Origin: Lepidodermella squamata
Taxonomy: Eukaryota > Animalia > Gastrotricha
Assembly: GCA_047495785.1 (NCBI GenBank)
Contig: JBLDXI010000002.1
Coordinates: 992,001-1,056,000, forward strand
Direction: 5' to 3'
DNA length: 64,000 bases
Shown here: positions 62,808-64,000 of the stretch, one piece after another
Layout: every line of letters begins with the position of its first letter
Position numbering within the stretch: position 1 is the first letter of the stretch
Position numbers and translations under genes: made by a program
Notes under the pieces: model-generated
Databases searched by the model: none
Told to the model about the DNA's origin: nothing
Seen by the model: only the letters and a program-made list of their open reading frames with translations

Positions 62808-64000
62808 CCGATTCCCCGAAATAACTTCCCCGAAAACTTGTTGCCCGAAAAGTGCGTCGCCGAAATAATTTTCCCGAAATAACTTCCCCGAAACGATTAG
62901 TCGCTGTAGTAGCGACGAGAAAGACGCTTGTTAGGCTCAAGGAATTTCCCCGAAAACACACACATGCATAAACTGCAAGAAGATGAATAAACAAATATTA
63001 GTAGGTATCTAAAATTAATACACAGCTATACAGGTGGTTTCCCCGAAAACACGCGGACGCACACAACCACTTCCGCATGAGCTGTTGGCATAAACAAAGA
63101 GAATCGACATGCATTGACATAAAAAGACGCCCGTCCGAAGGAGGTTAATCCTCTTAGGTCTTAGGCTGGACGCACTGATTAAAACCGGAAAGAACACGGG
63201 TGCTATATGAAACATGTATTATCACAGCTGCATAGAAAACGCGCGTAAATCAACATCAATGATTGGAGTGCAATTTGACCAGCATTTGCTTTAATAAACT
63301 CTGGAACTTTCAAACTGTAATCAGTAAAATATGCTGACGGCTATAAGATTTCTCCCATTGCAGTCACTTTATATTTATATTTTTTTATTTATTCCAATGT
63401 AAGCTTGGTCCATGATCTGGCTGAACTTCATTTGCTGCTGTTTTCAATTAAATTTCAAATTTCAAATTCATTAAATATTGCGGAATTAAGATGTTAATGT
63501 TTGAATTAGATTCTGACCAGCTACAATAAAAGTCGCTTATGTTATGTCTAAAACAACAAGATCGAAGAGAGTGTCACCCCTGATCAGCCTAACTATGATT
63601 AAAAAGGGGCGCGGAAGACCGAGGAAGACTCAGCCTCAGCCTCAGCCGAATCCTGTCACGCCTCGCTTACCTGGTAATTTAAAAATTCTCGAACTCCTGA
63701 AATGCATTCATGAATTTGTTTGTGAAAGCGCCATCTCAAACCTCAACTCAGGTAAAGCCGCTGAAGGCTAAGAAGCGTGTCGCTCCGGTGACTGTTGACA
63801 GCCTAGTCTCTCTGATTTCGCCCATCGCAGTAGATACTCGACTCGACTCGCCGGACGTCTTGGACTCGCCCCCATCTCTCGAACCGCAATCGCCTCCTCG
63901 GTCGCCGTTGGCTGTCGAAAACAGCATGCCGTCAGGCTCCCCGGATTCACCCCCGCCGGAAAGACCGCCGCTGGGAGCCCCGGAAGCCGATTATCTCCGC
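62808..64000 (+). mobile_element. Possible left end of a TIR transposon with AT-hook ORF
   Basis: Clustered TTCCCCGAAA repeats at 62812-63050, followed by ORF 63544 with KKGRGRPRK. Layout resembles the 7979-9488 element. Other end not visible. Confidence 0.4.

Overview
Eukaryotic (animal, invertebrate-type) genomic DNA with many short (~50-60 nt) spliceosomal introns, so the ORF track fragments most genes. Gene models below were spliced by hand from GT-AG sites and intron phases. The main signal is a cluster of seven minus-strand genes (A-G). Each predicted protein has a signal peptide, Sushi/CCP-like modules and ankyrin repeats, with no transmembrane segment. One member alternates CCP, ankyrin and Kunitz blocks. 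Cysteines in the ankyrin blocks are gained and lost in pairs, which points to a family of secreted, disulfide-bonded ankyrin proteins. The window also holds: an intron-hidden KR-cleaved multi-copy peptide precursor absent from the ORF track; two tandem stand-alone collagen IV NC1 genes; an ABCA2-like transporter; a cytosolic ankyrin/zinc-knuckle gene; a divergent dynamin-family GTPase; and several LINE and DNA transposon insertions. No database searches were run, so novelty claims are unverified.
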